Shown here: positions 17,344 to 27,027 of the stretch, piece by piece
How positions within the stretch are numbered: position 1 is the first letter of the stretch
Layout: each line of letters begins with the position of its first letter
Notes under the pieces: generated by a model
What the model was told of the DNA's origin: nothing
Database searches by the model: none
Seen by the model: the letters and a program-made list of their open reading frames with translations, nothing else
Origin: Methanomassiliicoccales archaeon
GTDB lineage: Archaea; Thermoplasmatota; Thermoplasmata; Methanomassiliicoccales; UBA472
Length of the DNA: 64,000 bases
Assembly: GCA_040765825.1 (NCBI GenBank)
Contig: JAXGRO010000006.1
Location: 4,203 to 68,202 of the forward strand
Direction: 5' to 3'
Program-made: the position numbers and the translations under genes

Positions 17344-18400
17344 ATTCCTTGCCCATCCTGATCATCAGGTAGCCGAAGAACGGCGCCCCGATGATCGATA
17401 TTATGGCCCCTATCGGCAGCTCCGAGGGGGCCATCACCGTCTTACATACAATGTCCGCCAGCAAAAGAATGTTTGCCCCGACCACCATGGAGGCCGGGAG
17501 CAGCAGGCGGTGATCGCCGCCGATGATCATACGCACCAGGTGCGGGACGATCAGCCCGACGAAGCCTATGACCCCGGTGAAGGCCACCGAGATGGCGGCC
17601 AGCGCCGATACCAGTATGAACATGCCGGTCTTGAACTTCTTGACGTCCATGCCCAGCTGCCGGGCCTGCTCGTCCCCCAGGAGCACCACGTTGAACTCCT
17701 TGGCGAAGAGCAGCATTATCGCCGAGAGCACGGAGACGCCGATGATCATGATGATCACCGACAGCCAGTCCAGGTAGGCGAAGGAGCCGAACAGCCAGAA
17801 CAGCACCCCGTGCAGCCGGTCGGCGTTGTAGTACATGAGTATGGTGGTTCCGGACTGCAGGGCTATGCCCACGATGACCCCGCCCAGCACGTAGCTTATC
17901 GGCCGGCCCCCGGCGGCCTCGGCCAGGAGCATGGTGAAGATGAACGCGCCCACCGCCCCGATGAAGGCCATGACCGGGGTCACGAAGGTACCAAGCCCTC
18001 CGATGGTGACCCCGGCCAGCACGGCCGCGGTCACTCCCAGGGCCGCCCCGGAGGAGACCCCGGTGATGTATGGATCGACCAGCGGGTTCTTGATCAGGGC
18101 CTGCATGACCGCCCCGGAGACGGAAAGCCCGACGCCCACGGCGATCACGCCCAGGGCCCGGGGGATGCGCAGCTGCCAGAGCACCAGCTCCTGCACGTTC
18201 TGATGCATGCCCCCGTTCTGTATGAGGTTCCACACCCCGGACATGGCCTCGGTGAAGGATATGTCCATCACCCCGGTGGTGAGGGAGAGGATGAAAAGAA
18301 GGACCAGGCTGAGGGAACCGAACCCCAGTATCAGGGCCAATTTGATCTTGGCCCGCCTGGCCTTGGAATCGTTCACGTGGAGCACCTCGTGGTTGGACAA
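17333..18400 (-). CDS. ABC transporter permease, FecCD/BtuC family
   Basis: About 10 predicted TM segments, with RIPR and GxxxGxxG-type motifs (LRIPRALGVIAVG, PIGAIISIIGAPFF). The ORF-track start is TTG at 18400; GTG at 18385 or 18376 is possible. Confidence 0.85.
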   Translation of the reverse strand: MSNHEVLHVNDSKARRAKIKLALILGFGSLSLVLLFILSLTTGVMDISFTEAMSGVWNLIQNGGMHQNVQELVLWQLRIPRALGVIAVGVGLSVSGAVMQALIKNPLVDPYITGVSSGAALGVTAAVLAGVTIGGLGTFVTPVMAFIGAVGAFIFTMLLAEAAGGRPISYVLGGVIVGIALQSGTTILMYYNADRLHGVLFWLFGSFAYLDWLSVIIMIIGVSVLSAIMLLFAKEFNVVLLGDEQARQLGMDVKKFKTGMFILVSALAAISVAFTGVIGFVGLIVPHLVRMIIGGDHRLLLPASMVVGANILLLADIVCKTVMAPSELPIGAIISIIGAPFFGYLMIRMGKEYVM

Positions 18401-18402
18401 AG

Positions 18403-18425
18403 GGGGCCGGCCATCGGCCGACCCC
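18403..18425 (-). other. Intercistronic GC-rich hairpin between the binding-protein and permease genes
   Basis: On the minus-strand RNA, GGGGUCGGCC-GAU-GGCCGGCCCC forms a 10-bp stem with one G-U pair. The same position is a C-A mismatch on the plus strand, which argues for function in the minus-strand transcript. Confidence 0.4.
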
Positions 18426-18498
18426 GGATGTCGTTTGGTTCCCGTAACGCGGGGCGTCTATTATATTTGCGCCCTGGTCACGGGTAAGGAGGATGTTC

Positions 18499-19593
18499 TC
18501 ATTCGATTCTGGCCATCATCACCTGTCCCAGGTTCAGGGCGCTCTCGAGGGAGTCCACATGGGAGCTGGACCCCGCCGACAGCAGGTCGACGTAGTCGTT
18601 GGATATCACATGCGGCATGTCCTCACCGAACACATCGGGGTGGAGGATCTTGGCCATGATCTCCACGGCGTCCACCATGCGCGGGCCGGGGCGGCAGAAC
18701 ACGTTGTCGGCCTGTCCGGTCATGATGTACACGCGGCCGTTCTGGACTGCGGAAAGCTCGGACCATATGGTGTCGTTCTCCAGATCGGAGATAATCTGCT
18801 CACCGGGGTTGGGCAGGTACATCATGGACACGATCAGGTAGTCAGGGTCCTTCTCCAGCAGGGACTCCACGGCCACGTCCGGCCATCCGCCGGTCATGTT
18901 CCCGTAGGCGTTCTCGCCCTTCGAATAGTCCATGACATCCTGGACGAAGGTATCGCCGGCGCTCAGGTAGATGGGCTCCAGCCAGACGGCGAACACCATG
19001 GATGGGGGCTCATCCACATCGCCCATGGCCGCCTCTATGGTGGCCAGGCGGCCCTGCATGGAGGCCACCAGGCCCTCGGCCTCGTCCTTGACCCAGCAGA
19101 CCTCTCCGAGCAATTCGATGGTCGAGTAGACCTCCTCGAAGGTCGCGCCCTTGTCCAGTATTATGACCTTCTGGGCGGACCCCTCCAGCTGGGAGAGCAT
19201 GTCCATCTGGGCCTGCACGCCCTTGTCGAGCAGCACCAGGTCGCCTCCGGCGGCGATGATCGCCTCCACGCTGGGGGTCCAGTAGCCGCCTATGGAGACC
19301 AGGGATCCGTCGGTCTTCCTGTCGCCCACATCCGTGGGCCAGTCGCAATAGTCGGTCACCGCCACCAGGCGGTCACCGATGCCCAGAGCGTAGACGATCT
19401 CCGTCAGAGATGGAGAGCAGGACACCAAGCGCGCCGGAGCTTCCTTGGTGACCACCAACCGTCCGTCGGCGTCGATGACCGACACCGGTCCCTCGCCCTC
19501 CCCACCAGAGGGGTTCATGGCCAGAACTGCAATGGTACCAACGGCCACCATGGCCAGGACCACTAAAACCGCTATTATCATCTTCCTGTTCAT
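18499..19593 (-). CDS. Periplasmic-type substrate-binding protein, BtuF/FhuD (cobalamin/siderophore) family, membrane-anchored
   Basis: MNRKMIIAVLVVLAMVAVG signal/anchor, then class III SBP features (VSCSPSLTEIVYALG, DLVLL, PGPR). ATG at 19593 chosen over the upstream ORF-track start at 19692. Confidence 0.8.
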   Translation of the reverse strand: MNRKMIIAVLVVLAMVAVGTIAVLAMNPSGGEGEGPVSVIDADGRLVVTKEAPARLVSCSPSLTEIVYALGIGDRLVAVTDYCDWPTDVGDRKTDGSLVSIGGYWTPSVEAIIAAGGDLVLLDKGVQAQMDMLSQLEGSAQKVIILDKGATFEEVYSTIELLGEVCWVKDEAEGLVASMQGRLATIEAAMGDVDEPPSMVFAVWLEPIYLSAGDTFVQDVMDYSKGENAYGNMTGGWPDVAVESLLEKDPDYLIVSMMYLPNPGEQIISDLENDTIWSELSAVQNGRVYIMTGQADNVFCRPGPRMVDAVEIMAKILHPDVFGEDMPHVISNDYVDLLSAGSSSHVDSLESALNLGQVMMARIE

Positions 19594-19617
19594 TTGATCA
19601 CGCTGGTTGATGTTAAA

Positions 19618-19634
19618 TTGGATGTATAATCCAA
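19618..19634. promoter_or_regulatory. Palindromic operator-like site 1: TTGGAT-GTATA-ATCCAA
   Basis: Perfect 6-bp inverted arms around an AT-rich 5-nt spacer. The centre is 33 nt upstream of the binding-protein ATG, so it overlaps the expected TATA/BRE position. Confidence 0.6.
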
Positions 19635-19639
19635 CTGAA

Positions 19640-19656
19640 TTGGATATATCATCCAA
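19640..19656. promoter_or_regulatory. Palindromic operator-like site 2: TTGGAT-ATATC-ATCCAA
   Basis: Perfect arms, centred 22 bp (two helical turns) from site 1. It abuts the TATA-like AAGTATATTAG (19656-19666) of the divergent plus-strand gene. Confidence 0.6.
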
Positions 19657-19737
19657 GTATATTAGCGTTGGCGAAATGCTCCGACCTAGCAAGGCATAAG
19701 AACTCCGCTAGCGCCTTACCGGCTGGGAGATGGAACC

Positions 19738-20217
19738 GTGAAGATCATCGACGAGCTCAGGAGCGAACCTATCCTGCTGGCCCACCATCCCCTCTGCGGC
19801 AGGTTCGAGGACCACTTCCTGGTGTGGAGGGGAAGGCGCCTCTGCCGGGGGTGCTTCACAGTGTACCCGACCGCGGCGGCGGTGCTTCTGGTCATGTGGG
19901 CGCTGGGCGCGGGGTTCCAGGCCTCCTTCGTTCTGGCGGTGACCCTTTTCGCCGTCCAGCTCCTGCGGGCCCTGCCCGCGCTGAGGCCGCTCAAGGTACT
20001 TTTCAACGTCATCATGGGTGTGAGCCTGGCCTCGGTGCTCCTAGCCGTGATCACCTGCCCTCCGCAGCTGAGGTGGTACGTGTACCCCTTCGTCCTCGCG
20101 GTCTACGTCACCTTCGTCTACCTGAAGGGCCGAAGGGTCCTGAGGACCTGCAGGGAATGCTCCGATCACGCCTCCTTCCCGGGATGCGCCAGGGGGAGCG
20201 CGAGGAACGGAAGGTGA
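19738..20217 (+). CDS. DUF2085-like Cys-rich integral membrane protein
   Basis: GTG start. HHPLCGRF...RLCRGCFTVYP resembles the DUF2085 CHQ..ER..CARCTG pattern. About 4 TM helices and a C-terminal CRECSDH..PGC. Confidence 0.55.
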   Translation: MKIIDELRSEPILLAHHPLCGRFEDHFLVWRGRRLCRGCFTVYPTAAAVLLVMWALGAGFQASFVLAVTLFAVQLLRALPALRPLKVLFNVIMGVSLASVLLAVITCPPQLRWYVYPFVLAVYVTFVYLKGRRVLRTCRECSDHASFPGCARGSARNGR

Positions 20218-20266
20218 GGCGAGGGATTAATTATCAGGTAATTGAATTCAGGCCGGGGGAAAGAAA

Positions 20267-20632
20267 GTGACCAAGACATTCACTGGGGATTGGATCATCG
20301 TCATCATCCTGCTCATCGTGTGCTGGCCGGTGGCGGTGATCTACCTGTTGATGAAGTACGAGGAGGTTCCGCCATACGCTCCGCCAGGAGCCCCTCCCGC
20401 CGGGGGCCCGGCCCCGGGAGGCGCCTACGGCCCGCACGGTGGCATGCGGGTCTGCGGGGCCTGCGGCAGCAGCTACGATTACAGCAAGGACGCCTGCCCG
20501 TACTGCGGCAAGCCCTCTTACTACGCCAACGCCGCCCCGCCCTATGACCACAGCGTAAAATATTGTCCCAATTGCCGTGGCCCCAACGACATGAGGGCGG
20601 AGTACTGCTCAAAGTGCGGGACCAAGCTCTGA
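20267..20632 (+). CDS. Membrane-anchored double zinc-ribbon protein
   Basis: N-terminal TM helix (WIIVIILLIVCWPVAVIYLL), a Pro/Gly-rich linker, then CGACG..CPYCG and CPNCRG..CSKCG ribbons. Confidence 0.55.
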   Translation: MTKTFTGDWIIVIILLIVCWPVAVIYLLMKYEEVPPYAPPGAPPAGGPAPGGAYGPHGGMRVCGACGSSYDYSKDACPYCGKPSYYANAAPPYDHSVKYCPNCRGPNDMRAEYCSKCGTKL

Positions 20633-20638
20633 CCGTCT

Positions 20639-21466
20639 TCAGAGCAGGCGTTCCAGGGCCACCAGGTCCAGGGCGCCCGACCAGCCCTCCAGCAGATCAT
20701 CCAGTCCGCCCAGCCACCGCTGGCGGACGTCCCCGCCGACGCCCGAGTGTCCGTGTTCCCTCCCCAGGTCCATGGAGTCCTCCGCGGGGGCGCTGAACCG
20801 GACCATGGGGAGCACCCCCAGGCAGGGCATCTCCATGCGGGATTCCAGCTCGGAGATCCCGGGCCCCAGAATGGAGGGGTCTCCGCGGAAGCGGTTTATC
20901 ACGAAGCCCTTCAGGAGGTCCCTCTCCTCCTCGTCCATCAGCAGGTAGGTTCCGTAGATGCCGGCGAAGGCCCCGCCCTTCTCGATGTCCCCCACCAGCA
21001 CCACCGGGGAGCGCACCGCCTTGGCCAGCCACATGTTGGCCACGTCCCTTTCCTTCAGGTTCATCTCCACCGGGGAGCCCATGCCCTCCAGCAGCACCGC
21101 CTCCCTGCCCAGGGCATTGTCGCGGAAGGACCGGAGGACCTCCTCCCTCAGCTGGTCGATCGGCCGGCGGCCGTCCCCTGGCGCCAGGTCCATCCAGGGC
21201 CGGCCCCGCAGGACTATCTGGCATTGCCCGTTGCCCTTGGGCTTGATCAGAACGGGGTTCATGTCCGCCGAAGGTTCCAGTCCGCAGGCCCAGGCCTGAT
21301 AGGCCTGCGAGATGGCCATCTCCTTCCCGTCGGCGGTGACGAACGAGTTCAGGGACACGTTCTGGGCCTTGAAGGGGGCCACGTCCATTCCCTTCCGGGA
21401 GAGGTGGCGGCAAAGCGCCGCGGTCAGGGTGGTCTTCCCCGCGCCGGAGGTGACCCCCTGGACCAT
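20639..21466 (-). CDS. CobQ-like protein consisting only of the N-terminal nucleotide-binding/corrinoid domain (no glutamine amidotransferase domain)
   Basis: It aligns with the upstream CobQ from the P-loop (MVQGVTSGAGKTT vs MVLGATSGAGKS) to PAEDSMDLGRE vs PVEDSMDLGRR. It then jumps to a short tail (LDLVALERLL vs LDIDRLLG). The ATG at 21466 shares its A with the cobQ TGA. Confidence 0.75.
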   Translation of the reverse strand: MVQGVTSGAGKTTLTAALCRHLSRKGMDVAPFKAQNVSLNSFVTADGKEMAISQAYQAWACGLEPSADMNPVLIKPKGNGQCQIVLRGRPWMDLAPGDGRRPIDQLREEVLRSFRDNALGREAVLLEGMGSPVEMNLKERDVANMWLAKAVRSPVVLVGDIEKGGAFAGIYGTYLLMDEEERDLLKGFVINRFRGDPSILGPGISELESRMEMPCLGVLPMVRFSAPAEDSMDLGREHGHSGVGGDVRQRWLGGLDDLLEGWSGALDLVALERLL

Positions 21467-23316
21467 CAGCCTACGCACCGTCGCCTCCACCCCCCCAGCA
21501 GCCTGTCGATGTCCAGATGCGCCTCCAGCTCCCGGGCCAGGCGGTCGAGCGAGGCGTCCACCTCGGCGTCGTGGTCCTGCCCTCCCGAGGGATGGCATCG
21601 TTCACCGCCCAGCGAAAGGAACAGCTCGCGGAAGGCCGGCAGGTCGAAGGCCCCGTGCAGGTAGGTCCCCATGACCTTCCTCTCCCGGTCCCAGGCCCCC
21701 TCCTCCCTTCCGTCCGGCTCCAGCAGGAACAGCGGAGGGGCGCGCACCTCCGTGCTCCCCATGTGTATCTCGTACCCGCGGACCTGCCCTCCGTCCACCA
21801 GCCTCCCTGCGACCTGCACGGTCCTCTTGTCGTAGGTGTCGAAGCGGGTCACCGCGTCCAGAAGCCCGAGCCCTTCCACATGGGCGGAGGTACCGCCCTC
21901 CAGGCCCTGCTCGTCGATTATCGCCGCCCCGAGCATCTGGTAACCTCCGCATATGCCCAGGATGGGGACCTCCCCCGCCCGGCGCACTATGACCGAGGCC
22001 ATGCCCGAGCCGCGCAGCCAATGGAGGTCCTGCACCGAGTTCTTGGTCCCGGGGATGATGATGGCGTCCGCGCATTCCAGCTGCTCCGGGCGTTCGGCGT
22101 AGACCACCGAGACGCCCTCCTCCAGCCCCAGGGCGTCGAAGTCGGTGAAGTTGGAGATCATGGGCAGACGGACCACCGCCACCACCTTTCCGCCCCCCTC
22201 GGCCCTCCGGCCAAGGTCCATGGAGTCCTCCACCGGCAGGTACAGGCCGGGGACGTGGGGCATCTCCGCCACCACCGGCACGCCGGTAAGCCTCTCGACC
22301 ACCTCCAGGGCGGGACCCAAGGAGCCCCCGCCGGGGCACATGTTGTTGATCACCACGCCCTTGAACAGCGCCCTGTCCTGGGGGTCCAGCAGGTCCAGGG
22401 TCCCCACGGCGAAGGCGAAGGCCCCTCCCCAGTCCACGTTGACAACCAGAAGGCAATCAGCATTCACCAGCCTGGCCACGTACATGTTGGCCACGTCCCT
22501 GCCCCGCAGGTTGATCTCGGCCGGGGAACCGGCGCCCTCGATGACCACCACGTCGTTGGAGCGCATGAGCCGTTCCAGATTGCGTTCGATTATGGACGGC
22601 GCCTCGTTCGGAACAAAGTCGGCATAGTACTCCTGCACCGTGTAATCCCGGTAGGGCCGTCCCTCCACGATGACCTGGGAGACCACCCCGCCCTTGGGCT
22701 TCAGCAGAATGGGATTGAGCTCCCCCCGGGGCCGGGTGCCCGCTGCGCGGGCTTGCAGGTCCTGGATGCGGGCGATCTCCTCGCCCCCCTCGGTGACCAT
22801 GGAGTTCAGGGACATGTTCTGCGATTTGAACGGGGAGACCTTCAGCCCCCGGTTGCGCAGGGCCCGGCACAGCGCGGCGACGATGAGGGATTTTCCGGCT
22901 CCGGAGGTGGCCCCCAGCACCATGATGGCCTTGGCCCTCCTGCGGTGCCTGGCCACGAGCGCCCCCTTGAGCTCGTCCCTGGTCTGGCGGTCCAGTCCCT
23001 GAGGGCCTATCTCCGGCATGGCCTGGAACAGGGATGCGGCGACATCCTGGCGATGGGTCCACAGGCACCGCTGGCATGACCATACGCTTCCGCCGGTGCG
23101 CCTCGACACCACGAACTCGCCCAGCTCGGGGTCCTCGCATGGATACAGCGGGCAGAAGCAGAAGGTGCAGTCCTGATCGGAATGGTGGCAGGGGAAGTGG
23201 GGGCATTCGGTGTTGCTTCCGATAATCCCCCTGGCCATCTGCGAGCGCAGGACGCCGACGTGCTTGGAGTAGTTCTCCTCGGAGTCGTCCTGCCGTCCCT
23301 CAATTGGATTAATCAT
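21466..23316 (-). CDS. cobQ: Cobyric acid synthase CobQ/CbiP with N-terminal cysteine-rich small domain
   Basis: Residues about 30-90 are Cys-rich (CPHFPCHH..CTFCFCPLYPC...CQRC). Then come the CobQ ATP-binding domain (P-loop GATSGAGKS) and a GATase-1 domain (IIIPGTKN, ILGICGGYQML, GYEIHMG). Confidence 0.85.
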   Translation of the reverse strand: MINPIEGRQDDSEENYSKHVGVLRSQMARGIIGSNTECPHFPCHHSDQDCTFCFCPLYPCEDPELGEFVVSRRTGGSVWSCQRCLWTHRQDVAASLFQAMPEIGPQGLDRQTRDELKGALVARHRRRAKAIMVLGATSGAGKSLIVAALCRALRNRGLKVSPFKSQNMSLNSMVTEGGEEIARIQDLQARAAGTRPRGELNPILLKPKGGVVSQVIVEGRPYRDYTVQEYYADFVPNEAPSIIERNLERLMRSNDVVVIEGAGSPAEINLRGRDVANMYVARLVNADCLLVVNVDWGGAFAFAVGTLDLLDPQDRALFKGVVINNMCPGGGSLGPALEVVERLTGVPVVAEMPHVPGLYLPVEDSMDLGRRAEGGGKVVAVVRLPMISNFTDFDALGLEEGVSVVYAERPEQLECADAIIIPGTKNSVQDLHWLRGSGMASVIVRRAGEVPILGICGGYQMLGAAIIDEQGLEGGTSAHVEGLGLLDAVTRFDTYDKRTVQVAGRLVDGGQVRGYEIHMGSTEVRAPPLFLLEPDGREEGAWDRERKVMGTYLHGAFDLPAFRELFLSLGGERCHPSGGQDHDAEVDASLDRLARELEAHLDIDRLLGGWRRRCVG

Positions 23317-23320
23317 CCAA
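23304..23320. promoter_or_regulatory. Palindromic operator-like site TTGGAT-TAATC-ATCCAA overlapping the cobQ start codon and predicted TSS
   Basis: The arms are perfect and extend to 7 bp (ATTGGAT / ATCCAAT). The annotated ATG (23316-23314) lies inside the right arm. A TATA-like ATAATATC lies at 23341-23348, about 30 nt upstream on the minus strand. Confidence 0.6.
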
Positions 23321-23340
23321 TCGGGTCAAGCCCCTGAGCC

Positions 23341-23348
23341 ATAATATC
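23341..23348 (-). promoter_or_regulatory. TATA-like element for cobQ (minus strand GATATTAT)
   Basis: AT-rich octamer 25-32 nt upstream of the cobQ ATG in a GC-rich spacer. This is consistent with a leaderless transcript. Confidence 0.35.
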
Positions 23349-23406
23349 CTTTTGCCCTAGCCTGCAAGAATTTAAGTCGGGGATTGCTTACTGCCATCTG
23401 ATCGAG

Positions 23407-26013
<2,607 letters not shown>

Positions 26014-26046
26014 GCTCATTATCACTGAGCCCCTTGGGGTGCTCCC

Positions 26047-27027
26047 GTGGTGAACGGTGACAAGGTCATAGAGGTGGAGGACCTCACCAAGGTGTACCCG
26101 GCAGCCCGCAGGCTGCTGGGGGACGGCGGCGTGGAAAAGCTGGCCGTGGACCGGGTCTCCTTCGACGTGCGCAGGGGCGAGATATTCGGGCTGCTCGGTC
26201 CGAACGGGGCCGGGAAGACCACCACCATCAAGATGCTGTCCACCCTGCTGATTCCCACCTCCGGGAAGGCCAGGGTCCTGGGCCTGGACGTGGTCGGGGA
26301 CGCCGTCCGCCTGCGGCCGCGCATCAACCTGGTGTCCGGGGGGGAGCGGGGGCTGTACTTCCGACTGACCGGCAGGCAGAACCTGGATTTCTTCTCGGAC
26401 ATGTACCGGGTGCCCAGGGACCGGAAGCGGGAGAAGGTGGACGGGCTGCTGGAGATGGTGGGCCTGGCCGAGGCCGCGGACATCCGGGTGGAGAACTACT
26501 CCCGGGGGATGAAGCAGCGGCTGCACCTGGCCCGGGGGCTGGTCAACGACCCGGAGGTGCTGTTCCTGGACGAGCCCACCTTGGGCCTGGACCCGGAGAT
26601 CTCCCGGGAGACCCGCGCGCTCATCAAGCAGCTCTCGGAGAAGGGCATGACCATATTGCTCACCACCCACTACATGTTCGAGGCCGACCAGCTCTGCGAC
26701 CGCCTGGCCATCATATCCGAGGGGCGCATCAAGGCCATCGGGACCCCCTACTCCATGAAGGAGGCCGTGCGCAACGACACGGTCATCGAGGTGGAGGCCA
26801 GGGAGCTGGGGGAGGCCAGGAGGGCCGAGCTGGCCGAGCTGCCGGGGGTCTCCGCCGTCTCCCTGGAGGCCCTGGAGGGAAGGCAGCTCCTGCGCATGGT
26901 GGTGGACGACGCCCCTTCGCTGATTCCCACCGTGGCCGCCATGCTGGAGAGGTGCAAGGTGATCAGCATCCGGGTGGACCAGCCCACCCTGGAGGACGCC
27001 TACATAAAGATGGTGAACGTGAAATGA
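26047..27027 (+). CDS. ABC transporter ATP-binding protein (DrrA/ABC-2 exporter type)
   Basis: Walker A GPNGAGKTT, signature YSRGMKQRL and Walker B LFLDEPTLGLD. GTG start. Confidence 0.85.
   Translation: MVNGDKVIEVEDLTKVYPAARRLLGDGGVEKLAVDRVSFDVRRGEIFGLLGPNGAGKTTTIKMLSTLLIPTSGKARVLGLDVVGDAVRLRPRINLVSGGERGLYFRLTGRQNLDFFSDMYRVPRDRKREKVDGLLEMVGLAEAADIRVENYSRGMKQRLHLARGLVNDPEVLFLDEPTLGLDPEISRETRALIKQLSEKGMTILLTTHYMFEADQLCDRLAIISEGRIKAIGTPYSMKEAVRNDTVIEVEARELGEARRAELAELPGVSAVSLEALEGRQLLRMVVDDAPSLIPTVAAMLERCKVISIRVDQPTLEDAYIKMVNVK

Noticed and set aside
19594-19737. Cobalamin riboswitch upstream of the btuF-like gene
   Set aside because: The spacer is only 144 bp and AT-rich. It has no B12-box-like GCCACTG element and cannot form the multi-helix junction. 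The distance from the TATA-like elements to the ATG leaves no room for a riboswitch leader. The palindromes fit a protein operator better.
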